DNA of 64,000 bases from an uncultured Planctomycetota bacterium (GTDB lineage Bacteria; Planctomycetota; Planctomycetia; Isosphaerales; Isosphaeraceae), in contig CAVTTN010000002.1 of NCBI GenBank assembly GCA_963737655.1, positions 960,001-1,024,000 on the forward strand, in the 5' to 3' direction. The position numbers and the translations under genes are program-made. The notes beneath the pieces are model-generated. The model had not been told where the DNA came from and did no database searches. It saw nothing but the letters and a program-made list of their open reading frames with translations. Position 1 is the stretch's first letter. Every line of letters starts with the position of its first letter. Shown here in pieces: positions 1 to 9,348 of this stretch.

Positions 1-121
1 GCGCGAACACGGATCACGACGGACGCCGTCGCGGCCTCGAAACGGGCGTCGTCGTGCGTTCTTCCATTGTCGCCAGGTCGGTCGGATTCGGCAAGCGCCG
101 AGCAGAACCGCCGACCGTGGC

Positions 122-150
122 TTGACGATGGAGAGGCGAACATGCACAAT
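122..150 (+). promoter_or_regulatory. Putative sigma70 promoter for MaoC gene
   Basis: TTGACG-N17-CACAAT about 70 bp upstream of the GTG at 219. Confidence 0.5.
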
Positions 151-218
151 TCGTACCCAAGTCGTGCGGACCGCCCTCCCTCCACCAACTTCCCCCCGAG
201 ACCGGAGCCCCCAACGCC

Positions 219-689
219 GTGCCCCGCCACACCGCCCCGATCCTGGCCTTCGGAGACCTGGTCGAGGGGGACGAGTGGGAAAGCCCGGGCCGGACGGTCA
301 CCGAGGCCGACGTGGTGAACTTCGCCGGCCTCTCCGGCGACTTCAACCCGATCCACGTCGATCATCACGCCGCGGCCGACGGCCCGTTCGGCAAGCCCGT
401 GGCCCACGGCCTGCTCGGCCTGGCCATCGCCAGCGGCCTGGGCACCCACGCGCCCAGGGTGGACACCCTGGCCTTCCTCGCGATCCTCGAGTGGAAGTTC
501 CTGGAGCCGATCGCCTTCGGCGACACGATCCGGGTCGTCACGAGGGTCGAAGCCCTGGAGGCCCGGGCCCGAGGACGTCGGGGAATCGTCACCTGGAGGC
601 GAACGGTCCTGAACCAGCACGGCAAGATCGTCCAGGAAGGGCGGACCCAGACCCTCGTCCGCGGCCGGGACGCCAAGCCCGGCCCCTGA
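219..689 (+). CDS. MaoC-family (hotdog) dehydratase
   Basis: GRTVTEADVVNFAGLSGDFNPIHVD...FGKPVAHG hydratase motif. Confidence 0.9.
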   Translation: MPRHTAPILAFGDLVEGDEWESPGRTVTEADVVNFAGLSGDFNPIHVDHHAAADGPFGKPVAHGLLGLAIASGLGTHAPRVDTLAFLAILEWKFLEPIAFGDTIRVVTRVEALEARARGRRGIVTWRRTVLNQHGKIVQEGRTQTLVRGRDAKPGP

Positions 690-734
690 CCTGACCGTCC
701 GCCCAGTCCCTCTTGAATCCAGTCGAGGTGCGCC

Positions 735-950
735 GTGCGTCGCTATCGGACCGAGATCCTGATCCCGCCGGATCGCACCGTCGTGTTGCAACTGCCGGTC
801 AACGTCCCGCAAGGCTGGGCCACGGTCACCGTCGAGTTCCACGAATCCCCCCAGGACGAGCACTCCGAGGCCGACCCCGACCGCCAGGACATCGAATGGT
901 GGGACGAGTTCGACGAGGGGGAGGCCGCCGGGGCCGAGGATGAGGAATGA
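735..950 (+). CDS. Small acidic hypothetical protein
   Basis: 71 aa, coding-like codon use, acidic tail DIEWWDEFDE. Confidence 0.6.
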   Translation: MRRYRTEILIPPDRTVVLQLPVNVPQGWATVTVEFHESPQDEHSEADPDRQDIEWWDEFDEGEAAGAEDEE

Positions 951-968
951 CCGAATCCCGGATATCCC

Positions 969-988
969 GTAGGGTGCATGAAATGCAC
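969..988 (+). repeat. GTAG-type REP unit
   Basis: GTAG-GGTGCA-TGAAA-TGCAC hairpin; recurs at 2862, 7586, 36903, 63074. Confidence 0.85.
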
Positions 989-1319
989 GATCCTCGGAAC
1001 GGGCAAGGAGGCCCTCAAGGTGGACCAATCGCTGATCCGTGAAGACCAGACCCAGACCCAGGAATGGATCGGCCGGTTCGACCGCGCGAACGGCTTCCTC
1101 AAAGCGCTCCTGATCGCCAGAATCAGCATGGTGGTCTCGATCCTCATCGCCACGATCGGGGCGGTCTGGAGCGCCGGCCGGATCTCTCAGGCCGTGGAAG
1201 GTCATGAGCGGAGGATCGAGAAGATCGAAGGCGACCACGAGGGCCGGGCCGATCTCCAGCGTTCGATCGACCGAATCCCGCAGACCCTCGACGCTCGGCG
1301 GCCCGCCTCGGCAAAATAA
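978..1319 (+). CDS. Hypothetical membrane/coiled-coil protein, probably a 5'-truncated remnant
   Basis: Hydrophobic segment followed by HERRIEKIE coiled coil; the ORF-track start ATG lies inside the REP unit. Confidence 0.35.
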   Translation: MKCTILGTGKEALKVDQSLIREDQTQTQEWIGRFDRANGFLKALLIARISMVVSILIATIGAVWSAGRISQAVEGHERRIEKIEGDHEGRADLQRSIDRIPQTLDARRPASAK

Positions 1320-1534
1320 ACGGGAAGGTGCGGCCAGGGGAAATTCCCGGAGTCAGCTCCGGCCGGCCCGCGACTGGTCGCCGAAGGGATTTCATCCGCG
1401 ATGACCCCGGATTTCATCCAGCTTCACAGCGGATTCGCCCCGGATGGCCCGATTCGGATCGTCCCCCGACGGCGAGGTCGTCCATCGCGGAGGCGGCCTT
1501 GCGATCTCGCGCCTCGGCGCGGGCGTCGTGATCG

Positions 1535-1981
1535 TCACCGGGGCGGTGCTGGTGGGGCTTCGGCTCCTGAAATTCGCCCTGTTTCACCGACCTTGAGACG
1601 CTCGGTCGATCGCAAGGCCCGGCGGATCGCCGGCGCCCAGGCGATCGCCGTGGCGACCACGATCGCCGCGAAGACGGTCACGGCGAGGATGTCGGAAGTC
1701 CTTCGATCCAGGACCATTCCGAACACCCTTCGAACGAACATTTGAATGAACGAGGAGTCCGGGACGGCGATCCCGCGGCCTCGGCGGATCCGGAAGTGCC
1801 AGTCGGTGCAGAGGCAGTAGCCCCAGCCGTAGAACGCCCCCATCACGAACCAGGAGAACGCCGTCATCCCCAGGACGATCAGATGCCACGGCCGGGTCTT
1901 CTTCCACGCCCAGCCGACCATGTTGAAGGCGATCAACACCGCGTGAAACACGAAGAACCCGTGGTCGAGCAGGGCGTCCAT
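1535..1981 (-). CDS. DUF2784-like membrane protein
   Basis: FHAVLIAFN.GW...WHL...YGWGYCLCTDWH pattern; start MDALLDH. Confidence 0.75.
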   Translation of the reverse strand: MDALLDHGFFVFHAVLIAFNMVGWAWKKTRPWHLIVLGMTAFSWFVMGAFYGWGYCLCTDWHFRIRRGRGIAVPDSSFIQMFVRRVFGMVLDRRTSDILAVTVFAAIVVATAIAWAPAIRRALRSTERLKVGETGRISGAEAPPAPPR

Positions 1982-1989
1982 CGAGGCAA

Positions 1990-2823
1990 TCACCCTCCCA
2001 GGTTCAAATCGGTGAAGGCTTTCACCTGCTTGACGATCGCCGGCTCGGTGGGCAGCCTCTCGATGCTGCTGGCGCCGAAGAACCCGGCGATCCCCCGGGT
2101 GTTCGCGAAGATATAGGCCGCGTCCTCGGGCTCGGCGATCGGCCCTCCGTGGCACAGGACGATCAGGTCGGGCCGGACGGCCTTCGCGGCGTCGGCCATC
2201 GCCTGGACCCTCCGGGCCGCCTCGGGCAAGTCCATCGCCGATTTCGCGCCGATCATCCCCTTGGTGGTGAGGCCGACGTGGGGGACCAGGACATCGGCGC
2301 CGGCCTCGGCCATCAGGCGGGCTTCCTCGGGGTTGTGGACGTAGGGGCACGTCAGGAGGCCCATCTCGCGGGCCAGGGCGATCATGGCGACCTCCTTGTC
2401 ATAGCCCATCCCGGTCTCTTCCAGGCCCTGGCGGAAGACGCCGTCCACCAGGCCGACGGTCGGGAAGTTCTGGACGCCCGAGAACCCGGCCGCCTTCACG
2501 TCGGCAAGGAAATTCCTCATGATGCGGAACGGGTCGGTCCCGCAGACCCCGGCCAAAACCGGAGTCCTGTCGACCACGGGCAACACCTCGCGGGCCATCT
2601 CCATCACGATCGCGTTGGCGTCGCCATACGGCATGAGCCCGGCCAGGCTCCCGCGACCGGCCATCCGGTATCGGCCGGAATTATAAATGATGATCAGATC
2701 AATCCCGCCGGCCTCGGCGCACTTGGCGCTCAGGCCCGTGCCGGCCCCCCCGCCGACGATCGGGCGGCCCGAGGCGACCTTGGAGCGGAACCGGGCGAGG
2801 ATGGCGTCTCGGGATTCGGGCAT
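1990..2823 (-). CDS. TIM-barrel signal transduction / PEP hydrolase-family protein
   Basis: [45 protein letters not shown]. Confidence 0.9.
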   Translation of the reverse strand: MPESRDAILARFRSKVASGRPIVGGGAGTGLSAKCAEAGGIDLIIIYNSGRYRMAGRGSLAGLMPYGDANAIVMEMAREVLPVVDRTPVLAGVCGTDPFRIMRNFLADVKAAGFSGVQNFPTVGLVDGVFRQGLEETGMGYDKEVAMIALAREMGLLTCPYVHNPEEARLMAEAGADVLVPHVGLTTKGMIGAKSAMDLPEAARRVQAMADAAKAVRPDLIVLCHGGPIAEPEDAAYIFANTRGIAGFFGASSIERLPTEPAIVKQVKAFTDLNLGG

Positions 2824-2861
2824 GTTCGACCCTGGAAGCATGGAGGATGGAAAGGACACCT

Positions 2862-2931
2862 GGAGGGTGCATGAAATGCGCCATCTTCGATCGCATCTTC
2901 CATCGAAGATGGCGCATTTCATGCACCCTAC
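2862..2931. repeat. Inverted REP doublet (REPIN-like)
   Basis: 28-bp perfect inverted repeat (2864-2891 / 2902-2929) with 10-nt loop. Confidence 0.9.
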
Positions 2932-4625
2932 GGGTGGCCCTGGGCGATTGGCGCCAATCGCCCCACTTCGGGGAAGCCGAGCTTCTCAAAAAACCCGGGG
3001 GATGGGCCGGGCCCGACGATCACCTCGGCGAGCCCTTCGGCCGAGGCGCGATTCAACAGCGTGGTGAGCAGCCGCGAGCCGATCCCGTGGTTTCGGACCT
3101 CACCGGCCACGCCCACGGCGACGATCTCGCCCGACCGCCCGCGCCTGGCCATCACCGCCGCCGCCACGATCCGGCCGTCCGGCCCCCGGACGATCAACGT
3201 CTCGTCGATCCAGGCGGACAGGTCTTCGACTTCCAGCCCGAGCCCTCGGAAGAACCCGGAGACGTCCGCCAGCTCGTCCGGCTCGGCCCAGGATGTGGCC
3301 ATCCTCGTCCGTTCGCGGAGCCTCGGGTCGAAGTCCTTCATCATGTCCAGGAGGAGCCGGGCCGCGGCGTCGGCGAACTTGGGGTCGTTGATGTGTTCCG
3401 GGCGTTCGAGGATGGGGATGTCGGGCCGATCGGCCAGCCCCTGGCGGATCGCGGCGAACAGCGAGGCATTCGCCTCCGGGTCGTGGAACGGCTGGCCCGG
3501 GGCGTCGAGCGCCGACACCCCGCCGAGGGGGAGGATCACGGCGGTCGGGCCGATCGCCGTCTTCACGGCGTCGGCCAGCCGGCGGCCGATCGCGGCCGAT
3601 TCCTCGGCGGTCGTCCTCATCAGGGTCACGTTGGCGTTGTGGACGTGGAACAACCGGCCGGAGAAGCGGTCGGGGACGGTCTCCCTCGGCCCGAAGTTCA
3701 CCATGTCGAGCGCGCCGACGCTCACGACCTGGGGGACGCCCTTCCTCGCCGCCGCCTTCAGGCGATCGGGGCCGGCCGAGAGGATGCCGCCGACGATCTC
3801 GTCGGCGAGCTCGGTCGTGGTCAGGTCCAAAACGCCGGAGACCCGGCCGTCTCGGATCAGACCCTCCATCGCCTGGCCGCCGACTCCGGTGGCGTGGAAG
3901 ACGAGGACCTCGCAGCCCAGGGCTTCGAGACCCACGCGGGCCCGATCGACGCTCGGCGTCGTCACGCCGAACATCGTCGCCGCGACGACCGGCCAATCCT
4001 CGTCGTCGATCGCGAGTTCCTGGCGTTCCCGCCGGATGGACCGAGGCGAGAGCGGGCCGCTGGTCGAGAGGTCCGCGTCCACGAACACCACGTCGGGAAG
4101 GCTCCTCGTCGCCATCCCGGCCATCGCAAAAGCCGCGTTCGTCAAGACGGTCTTCGTGATCCGGTTCAGCCCGGCGATGTCTGCGACCGAGTGCATCATG
4201 AGGATGTCGCTGCCGACGACGAACGGGCGGGTCTGGCCGCTGGCCAGGGTGCTGACCATCAGTTTCGGCACGCCGAAGGGCAGGGCCCGCATCGCGGCCG
4301 TCCCGATCGTCGTCCCGGCCGACCCGCCGATCGCGAGGACGCCCTCGACCTCTCCCCGGGCGTGGAGATCGACCACGATCGACGCCACCCCTCGGGCCGC
4401 CGCCTCCACGGCCCGGCCGCGATCGCCGGCGGCCTTCAATTCGTCCGCCGAAGTCCCGGCGCGGAAGAACACGCGCTCGCGATCGACGTCCGCCTCGCAC
4501 CGAGGGGGCCCGAGAGAGCCGGCATCGATCACGATCGAGCCGACGCCCGACCGCCTGAGGAGGTCGCGGACGAACGCGAGTTCCGCGCCCTTGGTATCGA
4601 GGGTCGCGATCAAAACGACGGGCAT
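2928..4625 (-). CDS. Tm-1-like ATP-binding (UPF0261) protein with C-terminal GNAT domain
   Basis: [45 protein letters not shown]-terminal [11 protein letters not shown]...FFEKLGF. Confidence 0.88.
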   Translation of the reverse strand: MPVVLIATLDTKGAELAFVRDLLRRSGVGSIVIDAGSLGPPRCEADVDRERVFFRAGTSADELKAAGDRGRAVEAAARGVASIVVDLHARGEVEGVLAIGGSAGTTIGTAAMRALPFGVPKLMVSTLASGQTRPFVVGSDILMMHSVADIAGLNRITKTVLTNAAFAMAGMATRSLPDVVFVDADLSTSGPLSPRSIRRERQELAIDDEDWPVVAATMFGVTTPSVDRARVGLEALGCEVLVFHATGVGGQAMEGLIRDGRVSGVLDLTTTELADEIVGGILSAGPDRLKAAARKGVPQVVSVGALDMVNFGPRETVPDRFSGRLFHVHNANVTLMRTTAEESAAIGRRLADAVKTAIGPTAVILPLGGVSALDAPGQPFHDPEANASLFAAIRQGLADRPDIPILERPEHINDPKFADAAARLLLDMMKDFDPRLRERTRMATSWAEPDELADVSGFFRGLGLEVEDLSAWIDETLIVRGPDGRIVAAAVMARRGRSGEIVAVGVAGEVRNHGIGSRLLTTLLNRASAEGLAEVIVGPGPSPGFFEKLGFPEVGRLAPIAQGHP

Positions 4626-4786
4626 GGCGGATCGTTCCCCTTCGCTCCGACGCCCTCTCTGGCCCCTCGGCCGACGATCGGGCATAATCGCCGGCCCCGG
4701 GCGGGTTCGGAATCGCATTGGAGCACGACCGCCCCCCGGAGGGAACGGCCCGCCCCTCGAAACCCGATCCCGGAGACCGTCTCGCG

Positions 4787-5581
4787 ATGGACGAATCGAA
4801 GCCCCAGGCCGTGGCGATCGTGACCGGGGCGGGGCAGGGGATCGGCCTGGGGATCGCCGAGGCCCTCGCCCGGCTCGGCCTCCGCGTGGCCCTGGCCGAC
4901 GTCGTCGCCGATCGCGCCGAGGCCGAGGCCGAGCGGCTCCGAAACAACGGTCACGACGCCCTCGGCCTGTTCCTGGACGTGACCGACGCCCCGTCCTGGG
5001 CCTCCGCGGTCTCGGAAGTGACCGGCCGATGGGGGCGGATCGACGTCCTGGTGAACAACGCCGGGATCAGCCCGAGGGGCACCGCGGAATCGACCGACGA
5101 GGCCCTCTGGGACCGGACCATGTCCATCAACCTGAAGGGCCCGTGGCTGGGGATCAAGGCCGCCATGCCGTGGCTCCGGGAAACGAAAGGCGCGATCGTG
5201 AACGTCGGCTCGACCCGGGCGACGCGGCCCCGCAAGGGGATGGTGGCCTACGGGGCGAGCAAGGCGGGCCTGCTCGGGCTCACGAGGCAAGTGGCCGTCG
5301 ACGGCCTGGACGACGGCGTGACGTGCTCGATGGTGGCCCCCGGCTGGGTGGACACCCCGGGAGAGCGGATCATCCAGGCCGCCCACGGCCGCCCCGAGTT
5401 CCCCGAGGGTACAAGAAACCTGATCACGGCCGACGAGGTGGGCCAGGCCGTCGCCTTCCTCGTCTCGCCGACCGGCCGGAGGGTCAACGGCGCGATCCTC
5501 TACGTCGATTCCGGGCTCCACGCCGCCGACAACGCCGAGATGGTGTACCTCCCGCCAAAAGACGTTCGGGGCTACACCTGA
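4787..5581 (+). CDS. SDR-family oxidoreductase
   Basis: TGAGQGIG, LVNNAG, YGASK. Confidence 0.92.
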   Translation: MDESKPQAVAIVTGAGQGIGLGIAEALARLGLRVALADVVADRAEAEAERLRNNGHDALGLFLDVTDAPSWASAVSEVTGRWGRIDVLVNNAGISPRGTAESTDEALWDRTMSINLKGPWLGIKAAMPWLRETKGAIVNVGSTRATRPRKGMVAYGASKAGLLGLTRQVAVDGLDDGVTCSMVAPGWVDTPGERIIQAAHGRPEFPEGTRNLITADEVGQAVAFLVSPTGRRVNGAILYVDSGLHAADNAEMVYLPPKDVRGYT

Positions 5582-5602
5582 GCCTCGGTCCCGTCGGTGA
5601 GC

Positions 5603-6067
5603 TCACATCCCGCCGAAGGGAGTGAAGCGGAAGGGGAAGTGGGTCCAGGATGGGAACGGGGGCGGAGGCGGTGGCGGGTCCGCCGGGACCGCCTCCCAGG
5701 GATGCCGGAGGGCCCGATCCCACTTGGCTTGCATCCGCTTGTGATAAATGTGCCTCTCCGTGATCATCCGGAGCGGCTCCCGTTTGTCCTCGGGACAACG
5801 GTCCAGCACGGCCTTCCAGATCGGGGAATCGGCCAGGTCGGGCGAGTCGCCCATCGGGGCGTCGAGGCCCTCGCCGCCGACCTCTCTCTGGGCGGGTTCC
5901 AGATACATGCACCGCAAATTATAACAAATGTTTTTATGCTTATATGATTTGGCAAAGCACTCCGTCTGCCAACCTTGGCGGAGTACCAGGCTGATCAGGG
6001 CCAACGGGATGGAAAGACCCGCCACGGCCCACATCATCCGTTTCACGGTGAATCGCGATCGCGGCAT
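5603..6067 (-). CDS. Hypothetical membrane-anchored protein (RFTVKRMM...HPW..VP.DPP type)
   Basis: N-terminal RFTVKRMMWAVAG hydrophobic anchor; C-terminal KWDRALRHPWEAVPADPP; lower-GC centre. Confidence 0.7.
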   Translation of the reverse strand: MPRSRFTVKRMMWAVAGLSIPLALISLVLRQGWQTECFAKSYKHKNICYNLRCMYLEPAQREVGGEGLDAPMGDSPDLADSPIWKAVLDRCPEDKREPLRMITERHIYHKRMQAKWDRALRHPWEAVPADPPPPPPPFPSWTHFPFRFTPFGGM

Positions 6068-6120
6068 CGGCGCTCTCCTGGAATGCCACGAACCTCGCGG
6101 CGGCCGATCGGCCCTCACTT

Positions 6121-6221
6121 CGTCTCGCCGACCGGCCCGAGGGTCAACGGAGCGATCCTCGACATCGATCCCCGGCTCCACGCCGACAACGCCGAGATGG
6201 TGGACCGGCCGCCGCAGGACG
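6121..6221 (+). repeat. Diverged direct duplicate of the SDR 3' end (5461-5564)
   Basis: 54/60 identity over the first 60 nt at offset 660, continuing with a 3-nt deletion. Confidence 0.9.
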
Positions 6222-6310
6222 CGTGGTGCTCGACCCGATCGCGCCTCGCCCGCGTGTTCTGCATTGTGGCATGACTTCCCGGAAGATCAACAAGCAGGAG
6301 GTGCGACCGG

Positions 6311-6538
6311 ATGACGACCATTCCTGCGCGGCTGATCGGCGATCAGACGCTCCTGCCTCGCGACGAGCTGGAACGTCTCGTGGCGATCGCCCGACTCAGC
6401 GAGGCGATCGAACTGGCCCTCCAGCCCGATGACCTCCCGACCCTCGGCCTGATGAGGCTCGCGGAGACGGGCGGGGCCTTCGACTTCTGGTCCGACCCCG
6501 GCGAGGACCTCGACACGGAAGACCGTTCTCGGGAATAA
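6311..6538 (+). CDS. Small hypothetical protein, antitoxin-like
   Basis: SD GGAGGTG upstream; acidic C-terminus AFDFWSDPGED. Confidence 0.6.
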   Translation: MTTIPARLIGDQTLLPRDELERLVAIARLSEAIELALQPDDLPTLGLMRLAETGGAFDFWSDPGEDLDTEDRSRE

Positions 6539-6544
6539 CGTCGG

Positions 6545-6919
6545 TCAGGCCGGGACGAACGTCACCAGGATCTCGCGGCCGACGGCCGTGGTCAGTCGTT
6601 CGACGGTCTGAAATGTCGGGTTGGTGATCTTGCCCGCCTCCAGCCGGGAGAGGGCCTCGCCGTCGATCTCGGCCTTCTCGGCGAGCTCGGCGATCGAGAG
6701 GCCCTGGGCCTCGCGCTCGGCCCGGATCATGGCCGCCAGGCGGGCCACGGCGCGGGGGATCGCCGGCGGGATCTCCTCCTCCACGAGGTCGCGAACCCGC
6801 CGCTCCGCCTCGCGAGCCTCGGCGGTCGCATGCCTCGCTCGGATGCGATCGACGGCGGACCTCTGCTCGGGCGTCATCCGCTCATAGGTCGCTCTTTGGC
6901 GGTCGTTCATGGCATTCAT
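6545..6919 (-). CDS. XRE-family HTH regulator/antitoxin
   Basis: REAQGLSIAELAEKAEIDGEALSRLEAG..NPTFQT; SD GGAGG. Confidence 0.85.
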   Translation of the reverse strand: MNAMNDRQRATYERMTPEQRSAVDRIRARHATAEAREAERRVRDLVEEEIPPAIPRAVARLAAMIRAEREAQGLSIAELAEKAEIDGEALSRLEAGKITNPTFQTVERLTTAVGREILVTFVPA

Positions 6920-6992
6920 CCCCCTCCTGGTTCATCTTATCGTCCCCCCGGCCGTCTTCCACGGGTCGATCCGCTCGAGGCTCGGCGCGCCC

Positions 6993-7460
6993 TCAAATCC
7001 CCTCCTCGATCAGGATGGGCATCCGGGGGGATCGGGTCATGATCTGATAATAATGGCTGGACGGCTCGCAGACGACGTAGACCACGGCGATCCCTCGTTC
7101 GTCGGGGACGAGGAGGCCTCGGAGGCCCTGGCGGACTCGATACCACACGCCTTTCTCCAGGGCGAGCGAGGCGGGGACGTCCACCGGGATCGCCCCCGAG
7201 CCTTGCCAGCCGCCGGCCTCGATCGTCCTCATCCAGGTCCAGCCGGTCCGGGGCAAGAATCGGCTCTGCCCCCGGCCGTTCCCCCACCGGACGATTTGCA
7301 GCCGCCCGTCCCGCCAGACCGGCAGCCTCGGCACGCGATCGCGATAGAGGAACCGGACCTCGCGCTCGCCGCCCCGGTCATGGGCGCGACGGTCCAGGCC
7401 GTGCCGCCCGATCAGCTCCGTGGGCAATTCGCTCCATGCCAGGGCGATCCCGACACACAT
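6993..7460 (-). CDS. Divergent SRAP-like (SOS response-associated peptidase) protein
   Basis: Starts Met-Cys, has VRWG and C-terminal RMPILI; directly downstream of a Y-family polymerase. Confidence 0.55.
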   Translation of the reverse strand: MCVGIALAWSELPTELIGRHGLDRRAHDRGGEREVRFLYRDRVPRLPVWRDGRLQIVRWGNGRGQSRFLPRTGWTWMRTIEAGGWQGSGAIPVDVPASLALEKGVWYRVRQGLRGLLVPDERGIAVVYVVCEPSSHYYQIMTRSPRMPILIEEGI

Positions 7461-7490
7461 GGCCTTACGGAGTGGCTCGGAGGGCCTCGG

Positions 7491-7689
7491 AGGGCTGAGG
7501 GCTGAGGGCTGAGGGCTGAGGGGAGGATGCGGTGGGCGGGCTTTGCCCGCCGCTTGGTTGGCGGGTTTCACCCGCCCTACACGACGGTGCATTTCATGCA
7601 CCCTACATGCCTCCACTGCCCACTGCCCACTGCCCACTGCCCACTGCTTTCTGCCCACTGCTTTCTGCCCACTGCTTTCTGCCCACTGC
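7491..7689. repeat. Composite repeat block: (AGGGCTG)x4, REP units, 11 heptamers CCACTGC/TTTCTGC
   Basis: Heptamers at 7491-7518 and 7613-7689; REP-like hairpins at 7531-7551, 7560-7580, 7586-7606. Confidence 0.9.
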
Positions 7690-7691
7690 TG

Positions 7692-8927
7692 CTAAAAACA
7701 GATCTTGCCGCGGACGTCGCAGATGTCGTAGGAGTTCGCCCCGTCCTGGTAGATGGCCGCCAGGGGGAGGGTGGCGGCGCTTCGGAGGAGGAAGCGGCCG
7801 AGACGGGTGTTGACCTCTCGCTTCAACTTCGCGACCGCCTCGGCCCTCGCGGCTCCGGGCGGCTCGAACAGGGACCGTTGGGCGTCGGACTTCGGCCTCA
7901 GGCTCTCGGCGATCAGGTGCATGTGCGTGGCCTGGGACCTCGGCAGCCACGCCCGGCGGAGGCAGGGCCTGGCCGCGTCGAGCAAAACGTCGAACCGGTC
8001 GGTCGCGATCGCCAGGTCGATCTGCCCCGCGCCGAACTGGCCGTCCCGATAGTTGACCTGCACCGTCAGCCTCCCCGCGATCGTCTGATGGAATTCCAGC
8101 TCCTCGATCAGCCGCTCCAGGTTCCTCACCAGCCACGCATAAAGAATAATCGGGTCGGACGTGGACTCGCCGAAGCTCCCGCCCCGCGCCAGGGCCTTGT
8201 GGAGGGGGCGCCTCGGGTGGATCGGGTGGACGGGCTCGCCGTTGAGCTCCCACCAGAGGCCCTCGCCCGTGGCCGTCAGCAATTCGCGGACGAGACGGCG
8301 GTCGGCCCTGGCCAGGTCCAGGCACGTTTGCACGCCCCAGGGCAGGAGCCGCCTCGCCCTCCGGCCGGCGATCCCGGTGATCTCCGTCACGGGCCGATCG
8401 GCCAGAAGCGCCTCCTCGGCGTCCCGATCGAGCACCGCGCTCGCGCCGAACGGCTTGGCCGAGTCGGAGATCAGCTTCGCCAGGGTCCGCGTCCGGGCGA
8501 TCCCCACCGTGACCGGCACGCCCACCGCCCTGAAGATCCGGTCCCGGATGATCTCGGCCGCTTGCTGGTGCGTCTTCCCTCGGGGCGGGACGCTCAGGAA
8601 GAAGAACTCGTCGATCGAGTAATATTCGACCCTCGGCGAGAACTCGCGGACGCAGTCCAGCATCATCCGGCTCAACGTCTCATACCAGCGAAAATCCCGC
8701 TTGATGTAGATCCCATCGGGGCACTTGACCAGCGCCTCCCAGATCGGGATGCCGGTGCCGACGCCCTGGGCCTTCATCTCATAGCTCTTGGCGATCACGC
8801 ACGCCCCCTGGTTGCCCAGGACGCCCACCGGCTTGCCCAGCAAGAACGGGTCGCGGACCCTCTCGGCCGAGACATAGAAGCAATCGGCGTCGAGATGGCC
8901 CACGGCGGTCGCCGTCGTCGTCCTCAT
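7692..8927 (-). CDS. Y-family DNA polymerase (DinB/UmuC-like)
   Basis: HLDADCFYVSAE, SYEMK, YSIDEFF catalytic motifs intact; real start MRTTT at 8927. Confidence 0.92.
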   Translation of the reverse strand: MRTTTATAVGHLDADCFYVSAERVRDPFLLGKPVGVLGNQGACVIAKSYEMKAQGVGTGIPIWEALVKCPDGIYIKRDFRWYETLSRMMLDCVREFSPRVEYYSIDEFFFLSVPPRGKTHQQAAEIIRDRIFRAVGVPVTVGIARTRTLAKLISDSAKPFGASAVLDRDAEEALLADRPVTEITGIAGRRARRLLPWGVQTCLDLARADRRLVRELLTATGEGLWWELNGEPVHPIHPRRPLHKALARGGSFGESTSDPIILYAWLVRNLERLIEELEFHQTIAGRLTVQVNYRDGQFGAGQIDLAIATDRFDVLLDAARPCLRRAWLPRSQATHMHLIAESLRPKSDAQRSLFEPPGAARAEAVAKLKREVNTRLGRFLLRSAATLPLAAIYQDGANSYDICDVRGKICF

Positions 8928-8934
8928 GGACGGG

Positions 8935-8963
8935 AGTTTAGATTGGACGAAAGTCCACGTCAA
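8935..8963 (-). promoter_or_regulatory. sigma70 promoter with palindromic operator, probably leaderless
   Basis: TTGACG-N17-TAAACT, 7 nt before ATG; TGGAC-N4-GTCCA at 8944-8957 inside the spacer. Confidence 0.75.
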
Positions 8964-9018
8964 GGAGAATCGTCCAGGATCTTCGTCGATCGCCGTCCCC
9001 GGGGTGTCGCTCGGGGAC

Positions 9019-9299
9019 CTGGATCGTCTGGGCCGCCCCCGGTTCTCGAACCGGCTGGGGGAGGAACCCCGGGCTCGTGTTCGACCGCTCTGGATCGTCT
9101 GGGGTGCCCCCGGTTCGAGAACCGGAGGGCACCCGGAACCGAAAGGTGAACGGCAAGGTCCAGATGCCGCGGCGATCCCGGGTGGCCCCGGTTCTCGAAC
9201 CGGGGTCGCGGAGCGACACGAGGCCGTCGCGCCCGCGTCCCGCCCAAGTCCCGGGCCTCTTGCGGCTGCGCCGCCCCGGTTCGAGAACCGGGGGCACCC
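9019..9299. repeat. Cluster of four palindromic units (BIME-like)
   Basis: CCGGTTCTCGAACCGG or its reverse complement at 9039, 9110, 9188, 9276 in alternating orientation. Confidence 0.85.
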
Positions 9300-9348
9300 G
9301 AAGAACTCCAGATTCGCGAGCGAACCCCCGTCGCCGGGCCTCCTCGCC

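Noticed and set aside
5461..6221. Diversity-generating retroelement template/variable repeat pair
   Set aside because: Mismatches are not adenine-specific and no reverse transcriptase is present
9019..9299. Possible CRISPR array
   Set aside because: Units are short, alternate in orientation, have uneven 71-88 bp spacing, and no cas genes are present
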